This document shows positions 37,261 through 49,900 of a stretch of DNA of 64,000 nucleotides, piece after piece. The notes beneath the pieces are model-generated. The model did no database searches, was not told the DNA's origin, and saw nothing but the letters and a program-made list of their open reading frames with translations. Position numbers and translations under genes: made by a program. Source of the DNA: Thalia democratica (Eukaryota); contig OZ241829.1 of NCBI GenBank assembly GCA_965202585.1, positions 65,658,001-65,722,000 of the forward strand. Direction: 5' to 3'. Each line of letters begins with the position of its first letter. The first letter of the stretch is position 1.

Positions 37261-38086
37261 TTACCATTATTACGTCATTAAATTATTTGGAATGAAGCAG
37301 GACCTGACCACAAGGATAGCCTAAACCAGAGGTCGCAGTGAAATTAAAAAAAAAATGTTGTCCACACTTAATTAAAAAATTATAAAAACAAAAATGGGAT
37401 AAAATATACTATGATAAAGCACTCGTAAATAGTTTTATTATGAACATTCAAGTTCTTTTGTTTTAAAGTAGTGCTTAATTTTATCTGCTATTGAAACTGT
37501 CGCTCTACAAACGAAATTTGATTAAATGTTTAGTTATACATAAAAGTTAAGTGAGCTATCAATTAATTAGCTTCACGTGCAAATCTGATGATACTCCTTT
37601 AACTTAATAGCTTAATACTCAATAAGAATTAAAAACCGCAGTCATATCATTCCAGGGCAAAACTAGTTTTTAACTATTATTACGTCATTAAATTATTTGG
37701 AATGAAGCAGGACCGGACCACAATGGTAGCCTAAACCAGAGGTCGCAGTCAAATTAAAAAAAAACGTTGTCGCGGTCCACACTTAATTAAAAAATTTAAA
37801 AAACAAAAATGGGATAAAATATACTATGATAAAGCACTCGTAAATAGTTTTATTATGAACATTCAAGTTCTTTTATTCAAAGTAGTGCTTAATGTTATCC
37901 GCCATTGAAACTGTCGCTCTACAAACGAAATTTGATTAAATGTTTAGTTATACATAAAAGTTAAGTAAGCTATCAATTAATTAGCTTCACATGGCGTCAG
38001 GTACAAATATGTTGATACTCCTTAAACTTAATTCCTTAATACTCAATAAAAATTAAAAACTGCAGTCATATTATTCCAGGGCAAAA
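37261..38086. repeat. Tandem repeat of about 410 bp, 2 units
   Basis: Units start at 37261 and 37671 (attattacgtcattaaattatttggaatgaagcaggacc...ttccagggcaaaa). Confidence 0.9.
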
Positions 38087-39179
38087 TTATGAGTTAACAG
38101 TAGCTTTAAAAGGTCCTTACAGTTCAAAAGAAAAACTTATGGAATATTTGTTACATGTCGTTTTGTAGTAGTAGAAAAATGTAAAAGTTTAAATTACTGT
38201 GTACATCATATACACAGCTGAATATTTATTTATATTATTTCGAACATAACCTTTAGAGTTGTACAACTCAGTACTGTTGACTAAAAAGTTTATTTAAGCT
38301 TTTTATTTTATAGGTGTTTCGTACTTTTATAAACTAAAAATACATACTCAGCTTGAATACATTTAATTATATCATTAATTGTTTAAAAACACAGTAGTAA
38401 TAAAATTAAAGTTTGCTTTACAGTGTTAAGCTTATTAACTGTACCACAAATTTCAAGTAATTTATTTTTTGATACGCAAAGTTTATGGTAATTTTTAGCT
38501 TTGATGATGTTGTTAAAAGTAGTTTTTTGTTGAGAGTTACTTTTATTATTTACTTTAAACTTAGAGATTAAAACAAATACAATAATCAAACTTACTATCG
38601 AATTTGTAACAACTCAATGAGTAAAAAATGTATTATGTTTATAAAGTTTTCAAAATAGTATAGTTATTAATGAAACTTTAAGTACTTGCTATTCTTTAAA
38701 ATAAAATATTAAAGTCAAAAACAAAAATAGTGTTGAAGTAAACTTATAAACTGCAGTAATTGTTATAAACGAAATTACAAAATGTTAAAAGTTAAATGTT
38801 ATTAAACTTGTATTAATACTTGATCTTTGAAAAATAATAGTTTATCTTAACTTAGATTTAAAAGTTGCGCAATATTTATATTCTATACAACATTAATTAA
38901 ACAATTTAAAATTTGAGTTTTTATTCTACACAGTGTTTAATGCGTAATGCAATGATCACGAACTAAAAGCTGTTTAAAGTAAGACTGACAAAGCTATATA
39001 TACTAAATTATATAAGTCTGTTAAATTGACAAAAATTTCAAAGTCTTAATAACGAATTGAATAACTACTATAGAGCTATCATTCAAGTTATTATGAGTGT
39101 TAAATTAGTTTTTTATACAAAAAACTTATTGGATACAGCTTACAATGAAATAAAAATATAAAATACCAATACGATATAA

Positions 39180-40600
39180 ACACAAGCATAAATGCAACAA
39201 ACTTAGAAAATGGTAAAGTATGCAATTACGGACACGAAAATGTTATGATTTTAGATATTTAGCGAAGTATCTACATTTACCAATTAACTCAGTTCTTGAG
39301 TTGAGAGAGGAGTTTTTGTCAGCGATCGCTATTTCCAATTTTTCAATATTACACAGAGTGCATATTCTGCTCGGTTTGCGTTGATTAATTTTATGCATTA
39401 TCTTCCATTTAACATTGTTCTTAATCATATCTTCATTGAACTTAGCGGCGTGAAAAAATTAGCTGAATTTTGTGGATTCTTTCAGATTTTAATTTCTGCA
39501 GCTATGTATATTTTCTTTGTATCTTGTTTTAAAGTTTTTTGCAGTGTATCCAAAATAAAGCTGTTCTTTGTTATTATATGTGACAGTAGCTTTGTATATG
39601 AAACGTCTGGAAAGGCATTTACCTTCCACTGGGCATGAGATTCTAATTCTACAATTGAAACTTGTTTCATTTTTCTTTTTGTTTTTACTTTCCTCTATGA
39701 TTTTAGACTTGATTTGCTGATTTCGGATTCTATGTTGGGCATACATGAATAACCTATTTTGATTGCCTCTCTGTTGAGAATTTTATATATATTTGTTTTT
39801 AGGGAAATGCTTATCTACTGATTTAATTTTTTTTTTCCTATTTTGGTCTTTAATGTTGCTCTAAAAGGAAGGTTGTAGTATAACACTTGTTTTTTTTTCT
39901 TTTTCTATCGCCCCTACCATCATTTTGATTTGAGTATTCTAAAACTTTATTAAAACCACTGTTTTTTAACGCTTTCTCGTATGATTTCTTGTAATTATCA
40001 GACATAGTCTTGTTTTTTGATAAATCAAATAGTATATTTTGTTTCATATTAGATGGCTCTCTTTTGACGCTTGGTTAGATTTTATATTTATGTTTTTTTT
40101 TCTTTAGCGTTTGGTTTTCTGTGGGGATGATATATCATTCTGTAGATCAAGTAATACATCCAGGAAGTCTATGTTACTGCTGTCTAATTCAATCTTATTT
40201 TTTGAGTTTTGTTCAGAGAAAACCGCTCTAATTTCTTTTCTTGTCTTTTCTATGACTCTTTTTGATCGCTTTTTAATTATAGAAATTCCATCATCGCGCT
40301 ACTACTCGAAGTTATCTTTAGATAAAAATTAGTTTAGGTTATTCAATTGGAACAAAACGATTAACTTGCAAACTTCAGCGCCATGGTAGCTTCCCATCGG
40401 AACGTCAAATAGGTCTTCTTTTGCATTCTTTTTGATCCAAACTTCGTTGACATGCCTGAGAACTGTCTTGCACGAGTGTAGTATAGTATATATGTCTGAG
40501 TTTGTTATTTTCATATATTTTTTGCAAGTTCGATCGATTTTTTTAGTAACAGATTTTTCGAGATACTTGGGTAGGATTCTTCTATATTAAATTTTATAAA
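39180..40600 (-). mobile_element. Decayed Penelope-like retroelement (RT plus GIY-YIG endonuclease)
   Basis: Minus-strand fragments FNIEESYPSIS, FDVPMGSYHGAEVCKL, *RDDG (YRDD with Y to stop), NIDFLDVLLDL, CPVEGKCL..IYKATV....YFGYTAKNFKTRY, KWKI...CTLCNIEK...LNSRTELIGKCR. Multiple stops and frameshifts. Confidence 0.85.
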
Positions 40601-41516
40601 CGTGTAACTACTCTTGTTGTTGATTTTATTAGACCATTTTGTAACATTATCAATTTTTATCCATTGCTGTAACTTAGTTTTTTTCTTTAACTTTATTCTA
40701 AATTCTTAACAATAATTTTATATTATAAACAATCAAATAGTAAGTTAAACGCTTGTGCAACAGCAAACAATTAATGTATATGTTATAATACACAACATAA
40801 AGGTAATTTTAAAGTAAATAAGATAACTGGTCACTCTTCTTAACATTCTTAAAGCTATTGAAAAAATCAAAGACCTTATGTAAACACAAGAAATTTTTTC
40901 TTCAATTAAAATATATTGCATTTGGTTTAAATTGTATATTTGTACAAAGTGTTTACATCCTTCTTTTTATTCAAAATTTCATTGCTTGCCTAAGCTTACC
41001 GATTTTCTGCTATAAGATTCTATTTTTGTTTTGTAGTAACAACTGCCAGAAGTTTTTAAGCAATGGACATTAATTAAAACTGAGGATGTTTCTTAAAATC
41101 ATGTCCATCATACTAACTTTAAACCTCATAACAGTTTATACTGAAAATTCTCTATTTATTAAAAATAAGTAAAGTATTTCAACTAAAACATTAAAAGACT
41201 TTAAATTAAAACAGTAATGATAAAACAGAAGCGTTTAAATTTGTGTTAATTTTATCACACATGTTTTAATGAATTCACCTTGTTTATATCATAGTTTTAA
41301 TTATAACTGTATAAAACTATTCGTTTAACTTACAAAAATAACTATTATATGCTATAACTTTTACTAACAACTAAAAAAGGACTTGGTAATTTGAAACCCT
41401 AGGTGATTTAAAATTTTTACAATTATTTTTGTGCAAAAAAAAACGATGCTCACCTTTTATAATTTAAGACGAACTTTCTATAAAAAATAAATAGTCATTC
41501 TTATGGAAAAAATTAG

Positions 41517-42455
41517 AAAATTTTGACTCTCTTGAGGTAGCTTACTTAGTAATTTTTGATAAAAAAAAAAGACCTTTCGTCTTTCGACGAAAAGCCTTTA
41601 GAAAAAAAAAGGGAGAAAATGAAAAAAAAAATGGCGCAAAAAAGCCCCCGACGAGCCGCGGCTCGTCGGGGGCTTTTTTGCGCCATTTTTTTTTTCATTT
41701 TCTCCCTTTTTCTCTACCAACCGTTCCTTCAACCTCTCTTTTTTTTTTTCTCAATCCACAATTTTTGAAAAAGCAACCCTCCCCCGCTTACTTATAATTG
41801 TTTTTTCGAAGCTCCTGCTTCCCTTTCAATATATTTCGCTTCTACTCACCTCTATCTTTTAAAGCGACCATGAGAATAAGCCGCTTTTTCACATGTACTA
41901 TTTTGAGTGCTTCGCCTTCGCATTTTCTAGTATTTCGCCTACTCCGCTTCTGTCGCCCCGGCCGAAGCTTCACCTGTAGAAATGCTTTAGTTAATATCAC
42001 TCAAACGTACTTTTAACTGGGCTGAATCATGTCAGAGCTCGTTCATATACTGCTACGCCTTCTGAGAGAGCGGCTTCTTTGCTCAACGGCTTGCTTAGGA
42101 CGGCACGTGCCTTGCTCTCGCTTTACCTTCCCTTGGTGCTTATTCAATCGGCTCTGTTTAATCGCCTAGCTGCGGTCTTTCGACTCCAGCTCGAGTCGAC
42201 GGCCACGTCGACTGAAGCTATATGCCTGCAAAAACACTAACACACAACCCGCCTTCACCACGCCTACCCGCTTAGACGTCTAGGGATTTATTCATTACAG
42301 CTTTACATTGTAAAATCCCTAAGCTGACTAGGTCGTCAGCTCGCTTTCTGGCACACTACAAGTGCCTCTCTTAATAGTGTAACATTAAGCATACGCGTAT
42401 GATGCCGAAATGTACGTGTTGAAAAATTTGGCTACCCCAAGAGAGTCAAAATTTT
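41517..42455. mobile_element. Unclassified element of about 940 bp bounded by 25-bp inverted repeats, GC-richer than flanks
   Basis: aaaattttgactctcttgaggtagc at 41517 and gctaccccaagagagtcaaaatttt at 42431 (one mismatch); no long ORF and no TSD recognised. Confidence 0.55.
41606..41711. repeat. 106-bp perfect palindrome with no spacer
   Basis: Checked base by base around the centre gagccg|cggctc (41658/41659), out to aaaaagggagaaaatg / cattttctcccttttt. Confidence 0.95.
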
Positions 42456-43935
42456 TCTTTCTTTCATAACATTACATTTTTACAATATTACTTAACTTAT
42501 ATGTGATGCACTTTATATTATCATGTTAACCAACTACACTATACACATCTATAAGGACACTAAGAGGTACGCATTTGCGTAAAGTACGCACTTACATTAA
42601 TAATGAGTTAATTTATTAAGTATAAATGTGAAAGTTTTTGCCTTTTTCAAACTTAAATAATGTGTAACTATATATTATCTTTACTTTATAGCCAAGTACA
42701 GTTTTTTTTTCAGTTAAACAGCTATGACGTTTTAGTTGTAACAAATATGGTTCATTTGCATTGCTAGCTGTTTTAAATATTACAAAGTTACATAAATAAG
42801 AAGTTTTTTTTTTAATTAAAACTGAACAAAGATTTTTTATCACATATACATGTTCCTCCTTATAACAAACTTAATAACTACATGTGCTTTTATATAACTA
42901 ACAAGTTTCTAATATAAAATTTTGTTTTATTAATATTTTATTATCTATTAATTAAAAATTAATATTTTAATATCTATATGATTTGATTCTTTTAATTTAT
43001 TTTAATAACATTTTTGAATGTGTGATTATTTTTGAAATTATTATTGTCACTCAGAAAAATTAAAAAAAAAAATCCTAAAGCTTGTTAGCATTTTCATATT
43101 AATTAACTTAAATTTCATAACTTAAAACTTATAAGTTTTCTTATTAATAATTAATTACAAAACTTGTAAACTGACTATTTCAATTAAGAAAACATAACCA
43201 AACCAGTTTATAAATGATGTATTTTTTATTAAAATTAAATTTTGACATGTTATTACTTACTTGTGCTTTGTGTCATGTTATTCTTATCATGTTCAACAGG
43301 GAAAATGTCCATATTCAATTTGCGTCCTCACTGCGGGGAAGCGGGTCCGGCTCACCGCCTTGTGACCGGTTTCGTGCTGGACGAAAACATCAGTACTTCT
43401 GTTAAGAAAAGTTTGCCCTGTTTGTATGTATATTGTATAATATTATCAGTGAACTTTCATAGATATTGCTGAATTCTACAAATAAAAACAGTTGTGTATT
43501 GTTGACATTTTTTTAATTTTCTTTAATGTTAATTACTTTAAAACGATTACTCATCTAAAACATGTGGATTTATAATCTTTTCATTGGATAAAACTTAATG
43601 AAAGTAGTTGCTTCCTTTTGTTAATAAATAATTTAATTTTTGTATTTTACCCTAAAAAGAATTCAGAGAGAGCTCTTTTTTATTTTTTCTTTTTATATGA
43701 ATTTCATTCAGTTATTAAGATTATGTATATTAACCTAATTAAAAACTACATTTATTTTAACAAAACACTAATGCGCATCTATTTTTGAATTTTGTTTTTT
43801 TAAATTTTTCTATACTTGTTTTTCAGCTAAACGAGGTTGTATAAACAAAGTAAAACAAAAAAATTGTGTAATTTCTTATGTAACCAACAAAGTTGTACAA
43901 ACAGACAAGTAACTAACAACCTTTTTACGTTTCAG

Positions 43936-46900
43936 TCTGCCAAGGTGTACCGTCGTTCGACGGAGCAACGACTCACATCGTCCACCAGCGGCAGCCCCAA
44001 CTGTCCAGTTTCGTCTACGGCGACGTGCTGACGTTTTCCTGCGACGGCCACAAACGGTTTCTTCCTTCCAACCCGTCGCTGACTTGCCAGGAAAACGGAA
44101 GGTGGGGACCCGACACGCTGATTGGCTGCGTTGAAGGTAAGAAAAAATCCCCAAAAGTATGAGTACAATCTAATTTGACTTTTTTTTTCACAGATGACGT
44201 GTGCCCGTCTCCACCGCAAATCGCCTTTTCCTCGCACCACGACTACTACAGGCCTCCGACTCCGGCAAACTCTACCGACTCGATGTGGCTTCCGGAAACG
44301 ATCCTGCGTTACGAATGCAACGATCAGTACCCGATAACCGTTCCCGACGACTTCTTCGGGGCGAAATGCACCAGCAGCGGCGCGTGGGTGGGCGCGTATG
44401 GAAAATACCATCCTTCGCATGAAAAACCTCACGATATTAAAATGAACGACAAGAAGTTCAAGGAAAAGTTTGGAAAATGCGTCACTGGTATTTTTAATTT
44501 TTAATGTTTAGTCAACCTTTTTGTGTTTATAATTCACTTGAAGTAAGCTAGTAGCAGTTTATAGTTTTTTAGTTAGAAATTACGTTCGAAAAGGTACATG
44601 ATGTCAATTTCAAGTTATTTTGATTTAAAAACTAAACTGCTACCACCAGTATCTTTGAAATATGTTGTTCCTAGGTTAACAATTACCACTTCTAATTAAG
44701 TTTTTAGCAAGCCTTTATGTTTCCAATTTTAGTTTGTTAAAACTTTTTTTTTACAATTGTCTATATTGACCCATGTACGACTCTGTTCTCGGCATGCTTT
44801 TTAGAAATTGCGTGGGATTTTTAAAAGGTTTATAAAATAAATTTATTTTAAAAATGCAAAATTTATTTCAGAGTGTGAGTTTCCCGATCCACATAACTCA
44901 ATAAAAACTGTGCTAAAATATCTTGAAGTCAATGCGTCATACTCCATACCTTCAGTCGTCAGGTACACCTGTAACGAGGGTTACCATTGGACGCGGGTGG
45001 CAGTTGTGAGCTGTCGCCACCAAGATATTCAAGATAAAGGTCCTTTCGGAAGATTAAACACGCTGCTTGGATTCTGTGCACCCGGTTAGCTTCTTTTAGT
45101 TTCAAAGATAAATTTTTGTAAACAAATTACAAAACAACTGAATGTTTTAAATTAACAACCGTAAGTATTTATCTTTTCTGTTTTTTAATATGTCGAATAA
45201 TTTAGTTTTGTTAAAGCCTTTCAGCGCAAAGTATTGCTACTGAAGTTTGTACATAAGTTTAAGGTAAAATAAAAAATTACTAATAACTTTTAGCTTGCCC
45301 GCCACTCCCATTTTTAATACGAAACGGGGTTAAGCGAGTTATTAGGCAACCGAATCGAAGGAGCTTGGTTTCCTTCTCGACAACCATACACTACTTTTGC
45401 AACCAAGGATTCACTCCGACTTTTGTAAACAGCCGATACAGTTGCAACTACGCTGGGAGCTGGCAAAATTCAGAGCTGAACCCTAGGTGTTTGAGGCGTA
45501 AGTTGTAACAATATTGATAAGTGTTTGTTTATCAGTCCACCTACTATTTGACTTTAAGGCTGCCCTAACCTGCAAAACGATCCGTACGGAAGTCTTGAAG
45601 CATCTGTACAAGCTCGGACTAATTTCTATCTGGCCGGTGACCGAGTTGAACTAAGCTGTGATGATGACTACGTGTTGAGCTCAGACTTAACAGCTTCAAG
45701 TACAACTTTGTCCTGCCTGTCAAACGGAAGGTGGAATTACGAAAAAATACCGGTTTGTATTAAAAGTGAGTTACGCAAATAAAAAGCTTTTATTCTTATT
45801 CTGTTGAACTTTCATTTATGTAAGAAAAAAATTTAAGACGTTCTTTTATTTTGACACCTAAACTTGTTTCAGAAGTGATTAAGCACTAAAATTAGTGACC
45901 TAACAAGTTTAGTTGATTCGTTTTTTCATTAGTTTAAATGCATTTAAACTAATTTATTAACTTAATTTTATCTACAATATACTTCTTTTCTATTCAATTT
46001 GTTTATTTTAAGGATGTGACGACCCTCCTCGAGGCGACTTTCTAAATTCCACGATAAAGTTCAGTCACGCGCAAGGAGAATACTGGTCGTACACCGTAGT
46101 GGAGTACGTATGCAAGGAAAAACACACTTTTAAATATCCCGATGAGGACGGGACTCGCACTTGTGAAGGAGACGCAAACTGGAGCGATGACTCCCCTCCT
46201 GAGTGTGCTCCCGGTTAATAAATGATAAAAATATTATCACTATCCCAACAAATACTTTTAGTTATATTTAAATCTGTGTGTAAGAAATAACAAATAAACT
46301 ACACTTAACAGAATGTGAAACTCCTCCAGCCGTCGAAGGCTCAACAATTAAAATTTTAAACGACTCATTTATTGAATACGAATGTTTAGACGGTTATCAC
46401 ATTGACAACGAGTCGAACAGCGTTTTCGAGTGCAGGCTCGGTCCTGTTTGGTTTCCCTTGGAAACTCCTGTCTGTCTAAAAGGTAAATAAATACCAGTTT
46501 TTACTGCAAACTGTTTGTTAGACAAATTTCAAGCGTCTAAAAAGATCCTCTCAGGCTCAAATCAATTTCCTACTCTAAAATTTTTTAACGGACTGTTTTT
46601 AAGTGTCTTGAAATGTTATCAAATTTATTACGAGTTTATCTTTTCTAGAATGCAACAGCATACCCGTGTACGATAAAACGTTGCCCGCTGTTGTTACAAA
46701 GAATGTTTCAAGGGAGGGCAAGCTTATAACCGGATCATCGTTGAATTTCAGCTGTCAACCAAACTACGGCCTGATCAACTCGATATCGAGTTGTGGCCTC
46801 GACGGCAGATGGACGCCCGAGATCACGTGTGTTCGAGGTATGTATATTTGCACGTGAAAAAATAAATTAAAAACAACTCATTTTTTTGTTTTTAAAGATT

Positions 46901-49900
46901 GCGGGAATCCAGACGAGATCGACAACGGATCTTTCCTGGTCAACGAAGAGTCGGATGAGTATCCTGAAGGTGAAGAGGAACTGTACAGCAGCAAGTATCC
47001 GCACCAGGTGACTTATTCTTGCAACCCGTTTCACTCGACGGTTCCCGGAAGCGAGATGGTGTTGAAATGCTCGAATACCAGCTTCACGTTTGAACCTGAG
47101 TTGCCGGTCTGCTTGCCAGGTGACCAAGTCGTATACAAATGTTTAAGCTCATGATTTGTACTAAATTTTATTAAAAGTTTTAATCGGTTTTTTAAAGTTT
47201 TAATGTTTCAATTTATTTTAAAACCACAGAGTGTTCAACCCCGCCAACCAACAATTATTCCACGTTTGATTTTTTCATGAGCACTCACCGTGTCTACCTA
47301 CCGCCGAACAGAATAAAGTACACTTGCGAAGCCGGCTACAGAACTTTGCCTTCAGGTCTCAGCGTGCTGCAGTGCGGTGATGACGGGGAATGGACATTTG
47401 ATGATTTCAAAAGCTGCTACACTGGTTAGATTGTTGATCAAGTTTATTTTGATGGCTTAAAAGTTAAAGTAAAACGGTCAGTTAAAAATATTGCTTAAGT
47501 AGTTATAGTATATTTTTATTCTACTAAAAGGTGATTACAAAACTTAATATTATACTGCTTTAGTAATAATAAAAACATTTTTAAACAACGTTTTTGTAAT
47601 TGGAACTATAAAAGATTACTTTAATTACATTGCGTTTTAAAAAAGTATATTTCTAAAAGCTTTAATACGTCATTCACAATACTTTGAGCAGAGTGTAAAC
47701 TTTTTTCATAAGTTTTTATATTTAAATAATACTAAACAAATTTAAAACAGTTAAGCAAAAATTACGGAAAAAATATACAAATACTAATTAAAGTACATTA
47801 GTATAACTTTTTCCACAACTTTAATAGAAACAGAATGCAATTCTGCGCCCCCACAATTACACAATGCAACTCAGCATTTCAAATGGCAGTATGAAGGGGT
47901 GCATCTTCCAGGCACGCAAGTCAATTATGTTTGCCAGAACGGCTTCATCATGGCCCCGCAGTTTTTCCAGGGATTTGAATGCAGCGAAAATTCGTTAGAA
48001 TACGACATTCCTCTCACAACCAGAGAGTCGTTTACTTCTGGTGCTTGCTATCCGGGTTAGGTTTCAGAATATATATATATTAATTAAAACTTCTTTTTTG
48101 CTTTTTTATTTTGTTTTTAAGTTTTTTTCCCATTTTGAATTAACAAAATTAACTGGAAATCTTCAGACTGTGGCGACTGGCCAGACATCCCGAATGGCAA
48201 ACGGTTCACTGCGGATTCACAGTTTCTATCGGACTTGGTAGGAGAAAGACACGTTTTGATAATTTCATCCAACTATTTGTGCAACACAGGATATCTTTAC
48301 ACGAGCGCAAATAGCCTTGTAACATGCACTGATTCCTCAAAACCACTAGATGTTAAAAGTTGCTCTAGAGGTAATATTTTGTTTATAACTATTTATGAAC
48401 AAAAACATAAACGTAACTAAAATTAGAAAAATAATATTTAAAAATCTAAACAAAGTTGAAAAGTGTATGTATTCCAGAATGTAAAAGTTTGCCAATTACA
48501 AGTATGGACTTTGCAACCGTCGAATATTACAAAAGGCCAAGGACAGATATTAATGTGGGAGGAACAGAATTCAGATTTGTTTGCGACCAAGGGTACTTCC
48601 TCGTGGACCGTCCTGGCTCGTTGCGTGTGAGCTGTGAAAAGCTACGCGACGGTTTTCAAGAAGATCTAGGAATATGCGGAGTCATTGGTTTCAGGTGTGA
48701 TCTTAATGGTATCTGGCACTCTTTGGAAAGATCGCGCTGCATTACAAGTAAATTTAACGTACCACTTTGAATTAAACACTAGTATTTTTTGCATCAAACT
48801 AATTGGCATGTTTAGTAGTTGAGTGAAACGTGTTTAATGAATTTAATTTAGGTTGTCTGACACCACCAAGCGACGATTTGGCAACTTGGAAAATTACCAG
48901 CACATATTGGGAAGGAAGACTGTTCACCGACACGGTTGTAGAGTACACTTGTCCTGAAACCCACACGCTGACCAACTTCACTGATTCAACTCGTACATGT
49001 GGAAGAGACGGAAGTTGGAGCGATCCTGTTGCACCCAGCTGTATCCCTAGTAATATTCGTTATTATTTTTAGTGAACTCTAGTTTCCAGAGCTTTAGCTT
49101 ATAGTTTTACCTCATTAAGTACTTTTAAAGTAACGTGTTACAATACACATAAAACTATTTTTCTTAGCTGTTAAATCTCACGTACGATGAAAATAAAAGT
49201 TTATGAACACTTTGGACACGCTACCAAAGTAAATTCTAAGGAGTGATATAGCTAACGTGTACTAAGTAATGATAATTATTGAGTATCTAATTTTCAGTTT
49301 TAAACCTTTATACTATCAATACTTCTTATGACAATCACTTCTGCATTAAAACATACATATGGGAAATCAACTACTTTTTTTTGTAAAACTTACTAATTTA
49401 CGCAGCTTAATGAGTTTAAGGACGTCTGCTTAAGTTTTGTGTTCAATTTAGCTAACTTTAAGTCTTTTGCATAAAAATTTGGCTTTTAGATGGAAGACAA
49501 TATATCAAAAAAACTTAATTACTGTTTACAAAAAGTTTGCCTTCTTTGGCAACAAATATAACTGTACCAAATATTGATTAGTTATAAAAGTTTTGAAAAT
49601 TTCAACAAATTTCAGTTTGCGAACTGTTGCCAACTTCCATCGAGAACGGTCAATTCCACCAGTTGACCGATCAGCATGCCAGCATGAAAGATGTAGAAGG
49701 AACAAGGAAGAGTTACGTTTGCGACGAAGGCTACCACCTGCTCATATCCTCTTACTTTCCAGCTTCTTTTACATTCCACTGCAACCAACAAGTACCTCCG
49801 AATGCTGTGCAGTGGAATGAAGTCAGTTCTGGGAGCCAAGTGGCAAAACCCTTGTGCATTAAAAGTTGGTGTTTTTTTATTAAACGTTGTATATGAAAAG

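Noticed and set aside
41630-41695. Rho-independent terminator reading of the GC hairpin plus T-tract
   Set aside because: It is the centre of a much longer loopless palindrome in a eukaryotic locus.
41556-41768. 70-aa ORF MIKKKDLSS...
   Set aside because: Low-complexity reading through the palindrome and homopolymer tracts.
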